In this document: piece after piece, positions 33,989 to 46,122 of the stretch
Layout: every line of letters begins with the position of its first letter
Numbering within the stretch: position 1 is the stretch's first letter
Assembly: GCF_026571515.1 (NCBI RefSeq)
Contig: NW_026861540.1
Span: forward strand, 186,001 to 250,000
From: Ruditapes philippinarum
Taxonomy: Eukaryota
Direction: 5' to 3'
DNA: 64,000 nucleotides
Translations under genes and position numbers: made by a program
Notes under the pieces: generated by a model
What the model saw: only the letters and a program-made list of their open reading frames with translations
Told to the model about the DNA's origin: nothing
Database searches by the model: none

Positions 33989-35471
33989 GTGTTGGTTTTA
34001 ATAAACATTGACAAAACATCGCTTATCTCAATCCGGGAAATGTATAGAGACGCTACTAGTTGTGTTAGACATAAAGGATTAATATCTCACAGCTTCCCTG
34101 TTCTTCAAGGTACCCGTCAGGGGGGCAAAACTTCTCCGCTCTGCTACCTCGTCTATATCAACGGATTAATAAAACAATTGGAAGCAAGTGATTATGGCTT
34201 TGTTATGTATAATATTAAACTTAGCTCACCAACCGTTGCAGATGATATGTATTTAGTATCGTTTTCCAAAGGAGGTATGGACAAGATGTTAGATATATGT
34301 TATGAGTACTCTCGTCAGTGGAGATACAGATACAATGCGGGGAAGTGTGGGATCATAGTCTTCAATGAGGATGAGGGGAGTGAGGATAGAACATTTTATA
34401 TTGGGCGTGAGCGTATTAATGAGGTCGAATATTACACTCACTTGGGCATCGAATGTGATAAGTATATGTCGACAAAGAAATTGTTTTATGATGCTGCTAA
34501 CAAACTACGTGGGACATTGCTTAGTATCGTTAATAGTGGCATTCACCCAGCTCATATAAACCCAATAACATCCAGAACTATCTACCGCTCAGTCGTACTC
34601 CCAAAGGCCCTCTACGGTTGTGAGTTATGGAATGTTTACTCAGCATCAGACATTCGGACACTTGAATTGTCTCACCGCTTTTGTGTTAAGTTTATGCAAA
34701 CATTTAAACGCCATACATCCACTGACTTTGCATTAAGTTCAATAAATATTGACAGTATTGAAGAATTTATAAACTACAGAAAGCTAAATTTCTTAGGCCA
34801 ATTATGTCGTCTGCTTTGCCAATATTTGGCAAAACAAGTGTTCATTACGCGACTGATAAAGTATTATTTTGAACTTTGACAATCAGAGTCGTGGATTTAT
34901 ACCCGATGTATACAGACTATTGCAGAAATATAATCTTGAAAGTGTCCTTTACTCATATTTAGAAAGTGGCGTATTCCCTTCGAAATATGCATGGAAAGTT
35001 ACTTGACGCTCAGCCATTACAAATACTGCAACTTACACGCGTGTTGACCGATTAATAATGTCAAGACGTGAGCTATGTGGAATAATCCAGTATTCATTGC
35101 CAGCGACGCTGTGGTATGTATCAAGAAACAACCCTAAAACGGCGTATATGTGTTCTTTTTTAATGGAAACTATAGGTAGTTTTATGTCCCAGTCATATGT
35201 TGTAACATGTAGAAAATGCAACAGGCTTTGCGAAAATCAAATCGTACACTTGATGTGCTTCTGTACGGTAAACAACAACAATATAATCAGATTGTGGGAC
35301 TCAGTCATTGAGGAATGCGGAATGACAACATTTATAGACCTTCTTGCGTTGTCACCTGAGGAACAATGCTGGCAATGTTTCCGGCTAGCATCTGATAATG
35401 ACAGTCTAGCGTTGCGCAATTATAGAGTTGCGAAGTCTATTCGTAATCTCTTAAAGATCCGCACAAACTAG
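33989..35471 (+). pseudogene. Reverse transcriptase ORF2 remnant with one frameshift (~34875) and one premature TGA (35004-35006)
   Basis: ORF 33989-34879 continues in another frame as DNQSRGFIPDVYRLLQKYNL...FPSKYAWKVT*RSAI..., which is in frame with ORF 35058-35471. Confidence 0.85.
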
Positions 35472-36660
35472 AAAAGATTGGTACCTGGAGGGTGACTGTG
35501 AAATCTTATAGAGTTCCAGGTCTCTATAATGAACAAAAAGCCGGAATTAACTCGGTGTAATAAATACCTAATACAGGACTTGTAAAACTAACAAAATAGG
35601 AACCAACTCTAAATAGTATAACTATATTTATATATAACATGATATCATGTAATTGTCATCTCATCAGTCTATACGTTTTCGTTTTCGTCCGCATAGACTT
35701 TTGTCAAATATGACAGATATGCCAACATAATGTTATAAGGATAAAAATTAATGCTATAAGCAGTTTTTTTATTTCTAATTTAAATTACTGTAATCTATGT
35801 GACATAATGATGTTTATCACAAGAACACGGATATATACCTTCTTATAATATTTGGTTAAATATATACAATTTCATGTTAACTATTATAAAAATTCAACTA
35901 TTACATTCAAACTATATTGCAATCCACACAACACAACCTGTATATCTGATACTAGTGACTTTCTTTTTTCTCTAATTTTTGTTTGTACATTTGATACTTA
36001 CCTCTTGAGATATATGATACCTTGATAAGTATACTAGTTAATTTTTGTCTGTTCATTTGATACTTACCTCTTGAGATATATATGATACTTTGATAAGTAT
36101 ACTAGTTAATTTTTGTTTGTACATTTGATACTTACCTCTTGAGATATATATGATACCTTAATAAGTATACTAGTTAATTTTTGTCTGTACATTTGATACT
36201 TACCTCTTGAGATATATATGATACCTTGGTTAGTATACTAGTTAATGTTTGTCTGTATATTTGATACTTTCCTCTTGAGCTATATATGATACCTTAATAA
36301 GTATACTAGTTTATATTTGTCTGTACAGTATACTAGTTAATATTTGTCTGTACATTTGATACTTACCTCCTGGGCAATATATGATACCTTGATAACTGTT
36401 TGTACATTTGATACTTACCTCTTGAGCTATATACGATCCTTGATAAGTATACTAGTTAACATTTAAGACAAAATAACACCTCATGAGACAAATTGTATGT
36501 TAAATTAATTTTGTTATATTTGTTTTATATGAACGATGCTAAATTGGATATACTATTTTGTTAATATGTATTATACTTGTTTATGTATATTTCTATGTTC
36601 ACCTCTGTAAATATGTTATGCTCTTCAATATTGGAGGAAATAAAGGTATTTATTTATTTA
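33990..36660 (+). mobile_element. 5'-truncated non-LTR retrotransposon (RTE-X/L1-like ORF2 C-terminus)
   Basis: RT motifs GTRQGGKTSP, PTVADD, YNAGKC and YTHLGI; C-terminal C-x2-C-x9-H-x4-C knuckle; ~1.2-kb 3' UTR ending AATAAA plus (TATT)n at 36638-36660. Clade assignment is from motif recall only. Confidence 0.85.
35973..36460. repeat. ~68-bp minisatellite x 7 in the LINE 3' UTR
   Basis: GATACTT(A/T)CCTC at 35993, 36059, 36127, 36195, 36263, 36358 and 36410. Confidence 0.9.
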
Positions 36661-37212
36661 GTGAAACACATTTTTCGTATTTTCACTGGTGTCTTACTGG
36701 AATACTTCCTTCTAAATTCAGTACACATAATTTAAGGGAAAGCATTTCAAATTAACGTAAAAAGGAAAGAAGAGAATATAAAAAATCAAAATATAATAAA
36801 CAGAAAATTCAATTTTCCCCTATAAATGAAATATACTGTTATAAATATCAAATGATGCGCTTTTAGTCATGTCAAGCTTCTGTTTCTGGGTGACATAACT
36901 TAAAAAATCACATAAGCCTTGAGTGCGAGAGTAAAAAGTGAATAAAGTCCATAGGCTTCTAAATAAAGAGTTCAATGCTGTATGGCTTTAGCCTACTTTC
37001 GCACATCTTTACCGAGTCTCTTTTTTTATAGGAAGTTGTGTCCCAGTTAAGCATTAAAATGACACTTATTTAAATACAAGAAAGAGTTAATTTAATTTTA
37101 CTGCTGGTAGAAAATGTTTCGTTTTATTTTGCTCTTGGAAATTGCGCACGCGCGAATTGCTACTTCCGTTGCTAGGGAAAATCGCATTGTAAAAATGTCT
37201 TTTAATAAATTT

Positions 37213-37452
37213 GTTCGGTAGTAGATGTTTGACGTCACATACAATAACTCTCAAATGAAATGGGATTGGACGTCTAAGTTTTGTCTGTGACGTAACAAAT
37301 AGAGCATGGTTACGGCTAAATGCCTCCACATGATAGCAGATACGTATTTATTTAAGAAATGGAAGAAAAGTTGTAAAATCATGACGGACGTTTAAATAAA
37401 TGCACATTTAAAGGAATTTCATTGTATATTTAAACATTAGAAATTACAATAT
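37213..37452 (+). promoter_or_regulatory. Promoter-like block B (diverged duplicate of 32805-33032)
   Basis: Perfect TGACGTCA at 37230, GATTGGACGTC, and an identical TGTCTGTGACGTAACAAATAGAGCATGGT. The ATG frame is closed by TAA and the donor reads GA instead of GT. Confidence 0.4.
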
Positions 37453-38653
37453 TCGCGCCTTTTTCTCTATTTGTGTTTTAGATGACAATTGTGAAACACA
37501 TACTGAATGAGTCAATCTAAATTAAATTAATTTCTCGTTAACGCTTCGCACTACTGCATGCAAAAATAGAGGATATTGAATGAGTGTAGGTTCAATACTG
37601 AATACTGAATAAAACAGTTGTATTTTGACTTCCATACAAATTATTAAATCACCATAACTTAACTAATTGCTTATAAGCAACAAAACAAAATATGGTCCAG
37701 CTTATAGGTCAGGGAGTTATTTTGTTGGCAACTACTACTACCGCTCTAAATCCACCAGTTCACTTTGTAAAACAATGTCTTGTCGTCTGCTATTTCTGTT
37801 TTACACGTACATGTCCACGTAAGTCTTTTCGATAGAAAAGATGATTGGTAATTCCTGAATGACTTATACGACATTCACATAATTATATTATATGCAATTC
37901 TTGAATAACTTATTCATACAACGTTCACATATCTATGCAACTATTGAATATATTTGTACCTCGACATTCCTAATAATAAAATATTTAAATATTTATGGCA
38001 TTCTTAAATAGACAAATGTATATAGAAAACTAGGAATTTCTTATTCTTATATTATAAGGTTTACATATTTATTGAATTCTTGGATTCAATAAAACAAAAC
38101 TTGACTTTGTAATTCAAATCATGTTCATATATTTAAGCAGTTTTTGAATACATCTTGAAAAGAAAATGGATATTCCGAAAAATAAAACATTAATATATTC
38201 ATCACATTTTTAAATATGTGTAGAAAATCCGACTTTCTTATAATATTTATCAACTGTTTAAATGTTCATGCAATAATTGAATATATGTAGAAAACCCCAC
38301 AATCGTATACGTAGTTCTAGGATATATGTAAAGGAAAATATATGTTACGTTTTGCACTAATTAAGGTATCTAGTCGAAACGTCTGCAAGATGCAATATGC
38401 AATTGTTCGTGTGTGTGGGGCTTGTATGTAGAAAGCTCAATTTTCTTATCTATACAGCGTTCACATATTTATGCAATTCATGCGGACACTGGGAATTTTA
38501 TATACTAATGTTGTTTTTATTATTCTAACAATTCGCTTCCATTCTTTTTACCAGATCTTTACGTTAGTTGTGAATAGTTTAGTCATGTTTACACTTTTAT
38601 TTTCATGCATTCCAATATAAAGTAAAAAAATGCAAACATATTTTTGTTTTCAG

Positions 38654-41386
38654 ATATCCTCATAAGTCCAAACAATGATGACATAATTATTCCAATCAGT
38701 GCCACTTTCGACAGAGTTGCATTACATATTGGTATTGGAAATGGACGAGGAATCTTTATAGAGAAGCCTGATGTTAAAGATGGGAAAGAAATCAAAACAT
38801 CAGTCAAACGTGCTACCCAGAAGTTTATGAAAAGAATGTATAAAGGAATAGCTAAAAATGAGAATGCTATAGAAAGTAAACTTGAAGAATTAAGAAAGCC
38901 TTTGGTCGAAGATGAAGATAAGTTTATCGGAGACATTTCAAACAGACACGATATTGACAGATACTTGCTTCGGTATGTTTACTCATTTTATGGTAAGACA
39001 ATATCGAAAGCTGCAAAGGGATTGTCAAAAAATGGACTACTTTTAAGACAAGCTCAATCCGAAGATGTTAGAAGTGTCATTGACAGCATGCATGCCGCAT
39101 TGGAAATGGAAATGGTTTCTATACCAGGTATTAGAAATATTTCATTACTAAAACCCAAGCAAGACTTTAAAGGCCCGACTGTACCAAATATGAATATTGA
39201 TATGAAATTGTACTCGCGTCCTAATTACAGTTTCAATGCAACAAACGCCGCTGTTTCATTGGACAGACAATCTTTAGATACAATTGATATAGATTATCAA
39301 AATGAAATGTTAGCAATTTTAATTGACGCTGAAACAGGTATAAGTCGAGCTTTTTTGAATTTTTTGACACCTGAATTTCAAATTGGGTCATTTTCGATAA
39401 ATGCAAACGACACGAACTTTGAAGAAGATTTTGAAAAGTCAATGCAAGATTCCCAAATGTTTAGTGAAGTAACATTATTGACAATAAAGGGACAGGAACA
39501 AAACTACAAAGGAGCACGTCAAAAACTGAGAGAAAGACGTCAAAAACTGAGAGAAAGACGGAAAAATAACAAAACCTACACAATTAATGACGTCTCATTT
39601 TCAAAGCAGCCCTGCTTCATTGAGAAATATGTTATGATTAATTATCTAAGCGAAGGCCGAGTTGCAGAAAATGACGATATCGACGAAGCCTACATTTCAG
39701 AAACTGACAATGTAGAAATTGAAACAGCAGAATATGTCACTTTACTATCTGAAGGAGCAATACCAGCGGAAGTTGATGAAAAGGATAGTGGTATACTATC
39801 CATTGGAAGTGATCAATCAGAATTCTTAACATTTGACACATTTCAAACTGTGTCAGGTGAAGCAATTACTCACAAAGAAGAGAAAGGAATGACATTAGAC
39901 AATGTTCCACAGACTAGTAATGCAAATTTAGAAGAATTGTCACATGGCATTGTTGTTGAGAAAGAGTTATACAACAGAAAGGAATGCATAGAATCAGATA
40001 ACGCAAATAAAAATTTCGTAACTGATGAGGCAAGAGTAAATATAGAATTCGAACCAGAAGAAGCAGCTGCCGATATAGAACGAATAGCTATCAGAGATAA
40101 TATTGAAGCAGATGAAACAGCTGAACAGAATAGAGCCGTTGATATTTCCTCTGACGAAGACGATGAGTGTGACGATGATGATAGCATCTTTGGTATCTTG
40201 ACAATCTACAAACAGAGTGGTCTTCACTGTGAACTAAACAAAGCTAACGAAGACGATGAGTGTGACGATGATGATAGCATCTTTGGTATCTTGACAATCT
40301 ACAAAAGGAGTGGTCTTCACTGTGAAATAAACAAAGTAAGTTTTGTATACTCAGATGACTGGTGTTTTTAACCTTTAGTTCCGAAATTTAAGCTCTCTCT
40401 ATATATATAATGTATTTTGCACTTTAGCAAATATTTATTCAATTTTTGAAGGCCCATTATGCCTCAGAAATTATATCATTTTTATTTCTGAAAATCTGTT
40501 TATTTTTGGTATCTTGCTACAGTTTCCAAAAATATACTCATTTGTTATATATCTGAAATATCTTTTGCATCTTTAGCTCTGTTGGCAGTTATTATAATCA
40601 TAGGGAATTAGTATTTTTTTACGGAAGTCAAAATACTACTTCATTTACAATTTGCTACCTTCACGACACATAGCTGCATGTTCAGCGCTACTTTTTAGGT
40701 TGTAAAACATCTAAACATGCTCTTAAACTATAATTTAAACATTCTTAAAGACATTTTTAAAAAACATAATGTGCCTCTAAGCAATTTAATAAAGCATATC
40801 TTTTTTTCGGAAAACGAAAACTTACAGTTAAACACATACCTGTATAACAATCTTTATTATAAACATGTACTAATAAATAAAATAATGAGAAATATTGATG
40901 AAATAAAATAGGTATTTTCATTTTCTGTATTTTCACTGTAAAAATCTGTCACTGCAATGAAACATATTTTCCGTATATTCATCGGTGTCTTGCTGGACTA
41001 CTTTATCCTTAATTCAGCCAAAACTCAAAATTTTAGTGAAAAGTTTTCAAATTATGATGTAAAAAAGAGAAAATAGACAGAAATTTATTCTTTTCTATAA
41101 ATATAGGATTTATTTTCATCTTGTGACACGAAAATCATCATATTTCACTCATGGCTACAACCACTCGTGAAATATTTATTTTCATGCCACTCGGTGAAAA
41201 AAATCCTGTATTTATAGAAAAAAACTTGAATATGCTCTATGTGTTTTATAGACGTTGCAACAAACAAATGACCCCGATGAGTTACCGTAGATTTAAATAT
41301 TCATCATACATTCGTTGTATTTTCAGGCTGCAATAGATAAAGACTTCGGATACAGATTCTTTTCTTTGTCAACTTTCTATAGATAA
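38654..41386 (+). CDS. Uncharacterised protein gene: large exon 38654-40335 plus terminal exon 41327-41386; 5' exon uncertain (best candidate 32940-32994, giving 598 aa)
   Basis: 1.7-kb open frame in AT-rich DNA, bounded by acceptor TTTTGTTTTCAG and donor AAA|GTAAGT (phase 0). The next acceptor TATTTTCAG gives AAIDKDFGYRFFSLSTFYR*. No family recognised. Confidence 0.65.
40450..40776. mobile_element. Kolobok-like MITE
   Basis: AGGCCCATTATG ... CATAATGTGCCT TIRs; family core GTCAAAATACTAC. Confidence 0.6.
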
Positions 41387-41514
41387 ACTAACAATATATA
41401 TTGTACTAAAATAATTAGAAAGATTAAAAGCTGATGTAAAATTTGAAAGCATGCGTTTGTTTCATTTGTATTTAATGTTAAGAGGGAGTCTTAATCAGGC
41501 AGTGGTGGTATTGG

Positions 41515-41765
41515 TAGTTTTCACTCCGGATCACGACAGTAAGCCAAATTGAATTTACCAGAGCAAAGTAAAGTCACCGCGTCGTTCTTGGACAGGCTGT
41601 CAAGCTGTTAACCAGTTGCCTTCACTTTCACAAGGAACTGAAACTTCTGTATATGCCAGAGCGAATGACCGTAGAAAGGATTTCATGTTCAACCACTAAG
41701 AAATTGACTTGCATCGTCTTGGAATCGAACCCGGGTCGCCCGACTCAAAGTTCAACGCTCTATCT
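41515..41765 (-). mobile_element. tRNA-derived SINE, family B (Meta-domain-like)
   Basis: Minus strand CCCGGGTTCGATTCC B box, then CATGAAATCCTTTCTACGGTCATTC...ACTGGTTAACAGCTT...GCCTGTCCAAGAA. This resembles the recalled MetaSINE central domain. Confidence 0.55.
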
Positions 41766-42701
41766 ATTGAGCAATTTGTATTTTTAGATTTATTTATTTT
41801 TGGCTGTTTAGATTATTTTTTAACCATTATCACGCTTATTGCCTATCTTTCAATCTGGACAAAATCATGTATCATTTTATGGAAAATGCCAAAATATGTA
41901 CTGACTGAATAGTGAACAATGCAGATCATGATTAGACGGGGGGAGGGTTATACGAGTACTTTTAAATAAGAAACTTTGACATTACTTATAACTTGATGAC
42001 TCGAGAAATACATTCTTGATAACTTCATTTATCACTTTAAACTCTTATAACACTTGTCCTTGTTTCAAAACAACCAATTTTCTGACAGGAATAATTAAAA
42101 GAAGAAACAATGAACGTCGCCAAACGCGGCGAAATTTAAAAAAAATGTTGCATATAACTTGTCAACCAAAGCTACAAGGCATTGAATTTATCAACTTTAA
42201 CTCGCATGTTAAACAGTTGCTAGTTAATTCGCTTTCGGCACCATTCAAAATGAATGTTCCATGACTGTGTACCAACAAATGAGCTTGTTATAGCAAGAAT
42301 TACCTCCCATCGTTCTTTGCCACTATATTATAGGCCTAGGATTATATAAAATCTCTCGATTCAATTTTTTGAAGATAAAAGCCTTTTAAATTCTTGTGCT
42401 ACATGTATAATAACATGTTTCTTTATATACATTAAGGAATTGATGATTTACATAAAAATATCATTTAGTTCTATATATTGAATACTTGCACCACAAAGGG
42501 CAGCCGCTTTTGCCAAGGGAGCGACTGTTGTAAAATTCAGAATTGTCTATAATTGCTACTTTGTTCGAGAGTACCTATTTTACGTTCAACATAAATCTAC
42601 CACGTTGAATTTCAGCCGTTTGTAGACTTAAATGTGATCGGAAAAAATAAAAATACAATGTGTATTTTATGGTACTTTCTATCATCTCTCAAACACATTT
42701 C

Positions 42702-42822
42702 TGTTAGGTTTTACGTCGCATTAACACTGTTAATCATACGGCGACCTTAGACCTTTGAAAGAAACCAATGCCCCTTGCGGGATTCGAACCTACAGAGGGG
42801 AAAGTGATTTGAAGCCAACCAC
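42702..42822 (-). mobile_element. SINE family A remnant (head and tail, centre deleted)
   Basis: Plus strand GGTTTTACGTCGCATTAACAC (tail) and GGGATTCGAACCTAC (B box, reverse). Confidence 0.45.
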
Positions 42823-43545
42823 AAAAATAATCTCACAATCAGGCACAGTCTCAAAGAAACGGAGTACTGTGAAATTTTTTCTTTGAACTAAGAGAATCAT
42901 CCACTTTCGACACTTTTAAATGAATATTTTCCGACAAAACGTACTTCAAAATTTATATGTTAATGATGCAAGATAAATAATAAGTTTCCTTTTAAAGCGT
43001 GACCAAACCCGTTATTCAGTTAAAGTTAACATTAACGTTTATTGCATATCCTAGGCAGATCATTCTTCAAAACTGACAGGGGAATTCCACACACGAAATG
43101 ACGAAGACATAGATATGGAATAACACACTTAAATGGATTTCATAGCATTTTTTTGAGAACTATTTTACGACATTTGAACCAGCCTTGAAAAGTAAATATA
43201 ATTTTTCCCCTTATTACTTTATGATGTTACACAATTTCTATCCATATATTTAGGTTTCATAGTTGACTATCTTGTTTATTCCCTCCCTCCATTATTTTTG
43301 AAGTGCAATGGGATGACAATGGAAGGTCTTTTCTACCATAGTGTTTCTATATATAACAGATAATCAATTCTGAAAGAACAAAACATTATATGTCCATACA
43401 AAAATCTCCTGGAACTTTATCAGCATTGTTTTAAATATCTTGAATATATGAAGTTTAAGGTTCGTAAACTTTGGTTTGTTTTATGCTGAATTTCAGCCAA
43501 GTCAGTTTGAAATACCTCAAAACAAAACGAAAAGAAACAAAACAA

Positions 43546-45009
43546 AACAAGCAAATTCGTTGAAGTTATGTCCCCCGCCGAGTACTGGTTATTACTAACA
43601 CACTAACACAACAACTGAAGACATAAGGCTTTATTTATATATTTATCATGGCATAAACAGTAATATTTTTTGTACTTGATAAATATTCAGGGCACTAACA
43701 GAGCCATAACTGTGTTAAATAGTAATATCTGGACATGCCAATGAGATGTAAATTGCCTTTGTGTATCCATGGTTGAAATCAATACAGCAGTTGCAAAGAA
43801 ATAGCAATATTGCTTTATATGCATACTACATAACTAATCAAGGGTCATAACTCTGTAATGAAGGGTCTGGTCTGAACAACTTCAACAAGGCAACAATATG
43901 CACATCTCCTCTTGGTATTAATGGTTCCCATAAAGTTTAATTGAATTCCAGCCAGTAGTTGATGAGAAGTCGCGCGGAAACAATTATTGCTCTATATGCA
44001 TACTGCATAACTAATCAAGGGCCATTACTATGAGTTAAAGTGTCTGACAGGAACAAGGCGATGATATGCGCATCTCCTCTTTGTATTGAAGGTTCCCATA
44101 AAGTTCGCTCTATATGCATACTGCATAACTAATCAAGGGCCATAACTCTGAGTTAAAGTGTCTGACCAGAACAAGCCAACTATATGCGCATCTCCTCTTG
44201 ATATTGATGATTCCCATAAACTTTTGTTGAATTCCAGCCAGTAGTTGCAGAGAAGTAGCGCGGAAACGAATATTGTTCTATATGCATACTGCATAACTAA
44301 TCAAGGGCCATAACTCTGAGTTAAAGTGTCTGACCGGAACAAGGCGACGATATGCGCATCTCCTCTTGGTATTGAAGGTTCCCATAAAGTTTTGTTGAAT
44401 TCCAGCCAGTAGTTGCAGAGAAGTAGCGCGGAAACGATTTTTTGCTCTATATGCATACTGCATAACTTATCAAGGGCCATAACTCTGAGTTAAAGTGTCT
44501 GACAGGAACAAGGCGACGATATTGGCATCTCCTCTTGGTATTGAACGTTCCCATAAAGTTTTGTTGAAGTCCAGCTAGTAGTTGCAGAGAAGTAGCGCGG
44601 AAACGATCTTTGCTCTATATACATACTGCATAACTAATCAAGGGCCATAACTCTGAGTTAAAGTGTCTGACCGGAACAAGGCGACGATATGCGCATCTCC
44701 GCTTGGTATTGAAGGTTAACATAAAGTTTCATTGAATTCAAGCCAGTAGTAGCAGAGAAGTAGTGCAGAAACGAATATTGTTCTATATCCATACTGCATA
44801 ACTAATCAAGGGCCATAACTCTGAGTCTAAGGGTCCGACTGGAACAAGCTGACGATTTGAGCATTTCCTCTTGATATTGATGATTTCAATAAAGTTTCGT
44901 TTAATTCCAAGCAGTAGTTGCAGAGAACTAGTCCGGAAACGAAATTCGGACGGACGGACGGACAACGCCAAAACAATATCCCCCTCCCAATTCCATCGGC
45001 GGGGGATAA
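43546..45009 (+). mobile_element. pearl/Helentron-associated (HINE-like) element with a central array of 168-bp repeats
   Basis: 5' TCCCCCGCCGA is the inverted complement of 3' TCGGCGGGGGA. AAGGG(C/T)CAT units at 43840, 44017, 44135, 44303, 44472, 44640 and 44808; (CGGA)4 microsatellite; 3' hairpin ATCCCCC...GGGGGAT. Confidence 0.8.
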
Positions 45010-45919
45010 CAACAACAACATATGATTCTTAGTTCAATCGATGATAATCCCTTTGCACATATTTAGGATATTAAAGGTAAATACTTTTTGAACAGATTTT
45101 AACCGGTTAAATTATTTCATAGAAAAAATGATCATGATAGTTATTTATTAATTATCCACTACCATGCTAAGTGTGATCAAACACATTTTATTAAATATAA
45201 ACAGTATTTGTCACTTTTATTTTAGTTTTGATTAAGTTTCCAAAATAACCAACATCAAAAATACGGTTGACATAAGATTTAAATTCATACCATCAGTTTT
45301 TGTTTCCCACAGTCAGGACGCACACATCCTTTCCCCAAAAATACTGTATTGAACGTAGCCAGACTGCACCAATGTGTAACAGACTGAATTCATTTCTCAC
45401 CGCCTAAATAGATCAGTTTGAAGATACATTAGTCTTAATCCATTGTTCATTGCAGATTACAAAACTGTCAGAGAAAATAAGACAGTATAATACACACAAA
45501 TCGTTCTAAAAGCCACATATCTATAATCGAGATGGCTTTACAAGTTTAATCAAATACAGTGTAGTGTCTGTGTGAATCTCTAGGGAAATCATACCACTAC
45601 AGTTTTTTCTTATGTTTGTTTTTCTCTGGAAAAAATGAGATTATGTTTGCAATATGGTTTAGTACTACTATGTCAATATTTAGAGACTATCTTTTAAGAA
45701 ATAAGGGTTCTATTTTCTAGAATTGTTTGAACAATATTGTTGACTTTATGTCATGACATTGTTACATGCAATGAGCCGCCTTGGAAATGGGTTTATAGTT
45801 TTAGAAATTAACATACCTCTTGTCATGCAGACAGGAATGTATCGGAATATTAAGGTTACCTTTTTATTTTCTCATATTTAGGTCAATAAAATTTCGTCGA
45901 AAATAATTCGTTGACATTG

Positions 45920-46122
45920 TTGTATATGCGCCAACACTGTCAGTGCCATATGGCGACTTTCCAGCTTAACTGGTGGAGGAAGACATTAGTGCCAATTTGT
46001 ACATTATTTCAGACACAAACGGGCATCTGAGTAAACCACCGACGTTCCGTAAGCAAACCGAATTGTTTATGATATGAAAGAATCCGAAAGATCCGATGGG
46101 ATTCAAATCTACATCGGTGAGA
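45920..46122 (-). mobile_element. tRNA-derived SINE, family A
   Basis: Reverse complement of the 22045 body (CTGGTGGAGGAAGA, ACCACCGACGTTCCGTAAGC, GGGATTCAAATC). Confidence 0.7.

Noticed and set aside
37482-38562. Alternative 5' end for the orphan gene (37482-37510 plus 8-nt microexon 38555-38562), which is phase-compatible
   Set aside because: Needs a weak GA|GTCAAT donor and a microexon; not supportable without transcripts.
38589-40227. Minus-strand ORFs including the Ser-rich 39870-40187
   Set aside because: Antisense shadows of the acidic + strand exon.
43840-44940. Regular repeat arrays (also 35973-36460 and 22500-22800) as CRISPR-like
   Set aside because: Units are contiguous with no unique spacers, there are no cas genes, and the context is eukaryotic.
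45291-45464. Minus-strand segment with good acceptor and donor and Cys/Trp-rich translations
   Set aside because: All three frames contain stops and no partner exons or family were recognised; at most a decayed or non-coding exon.
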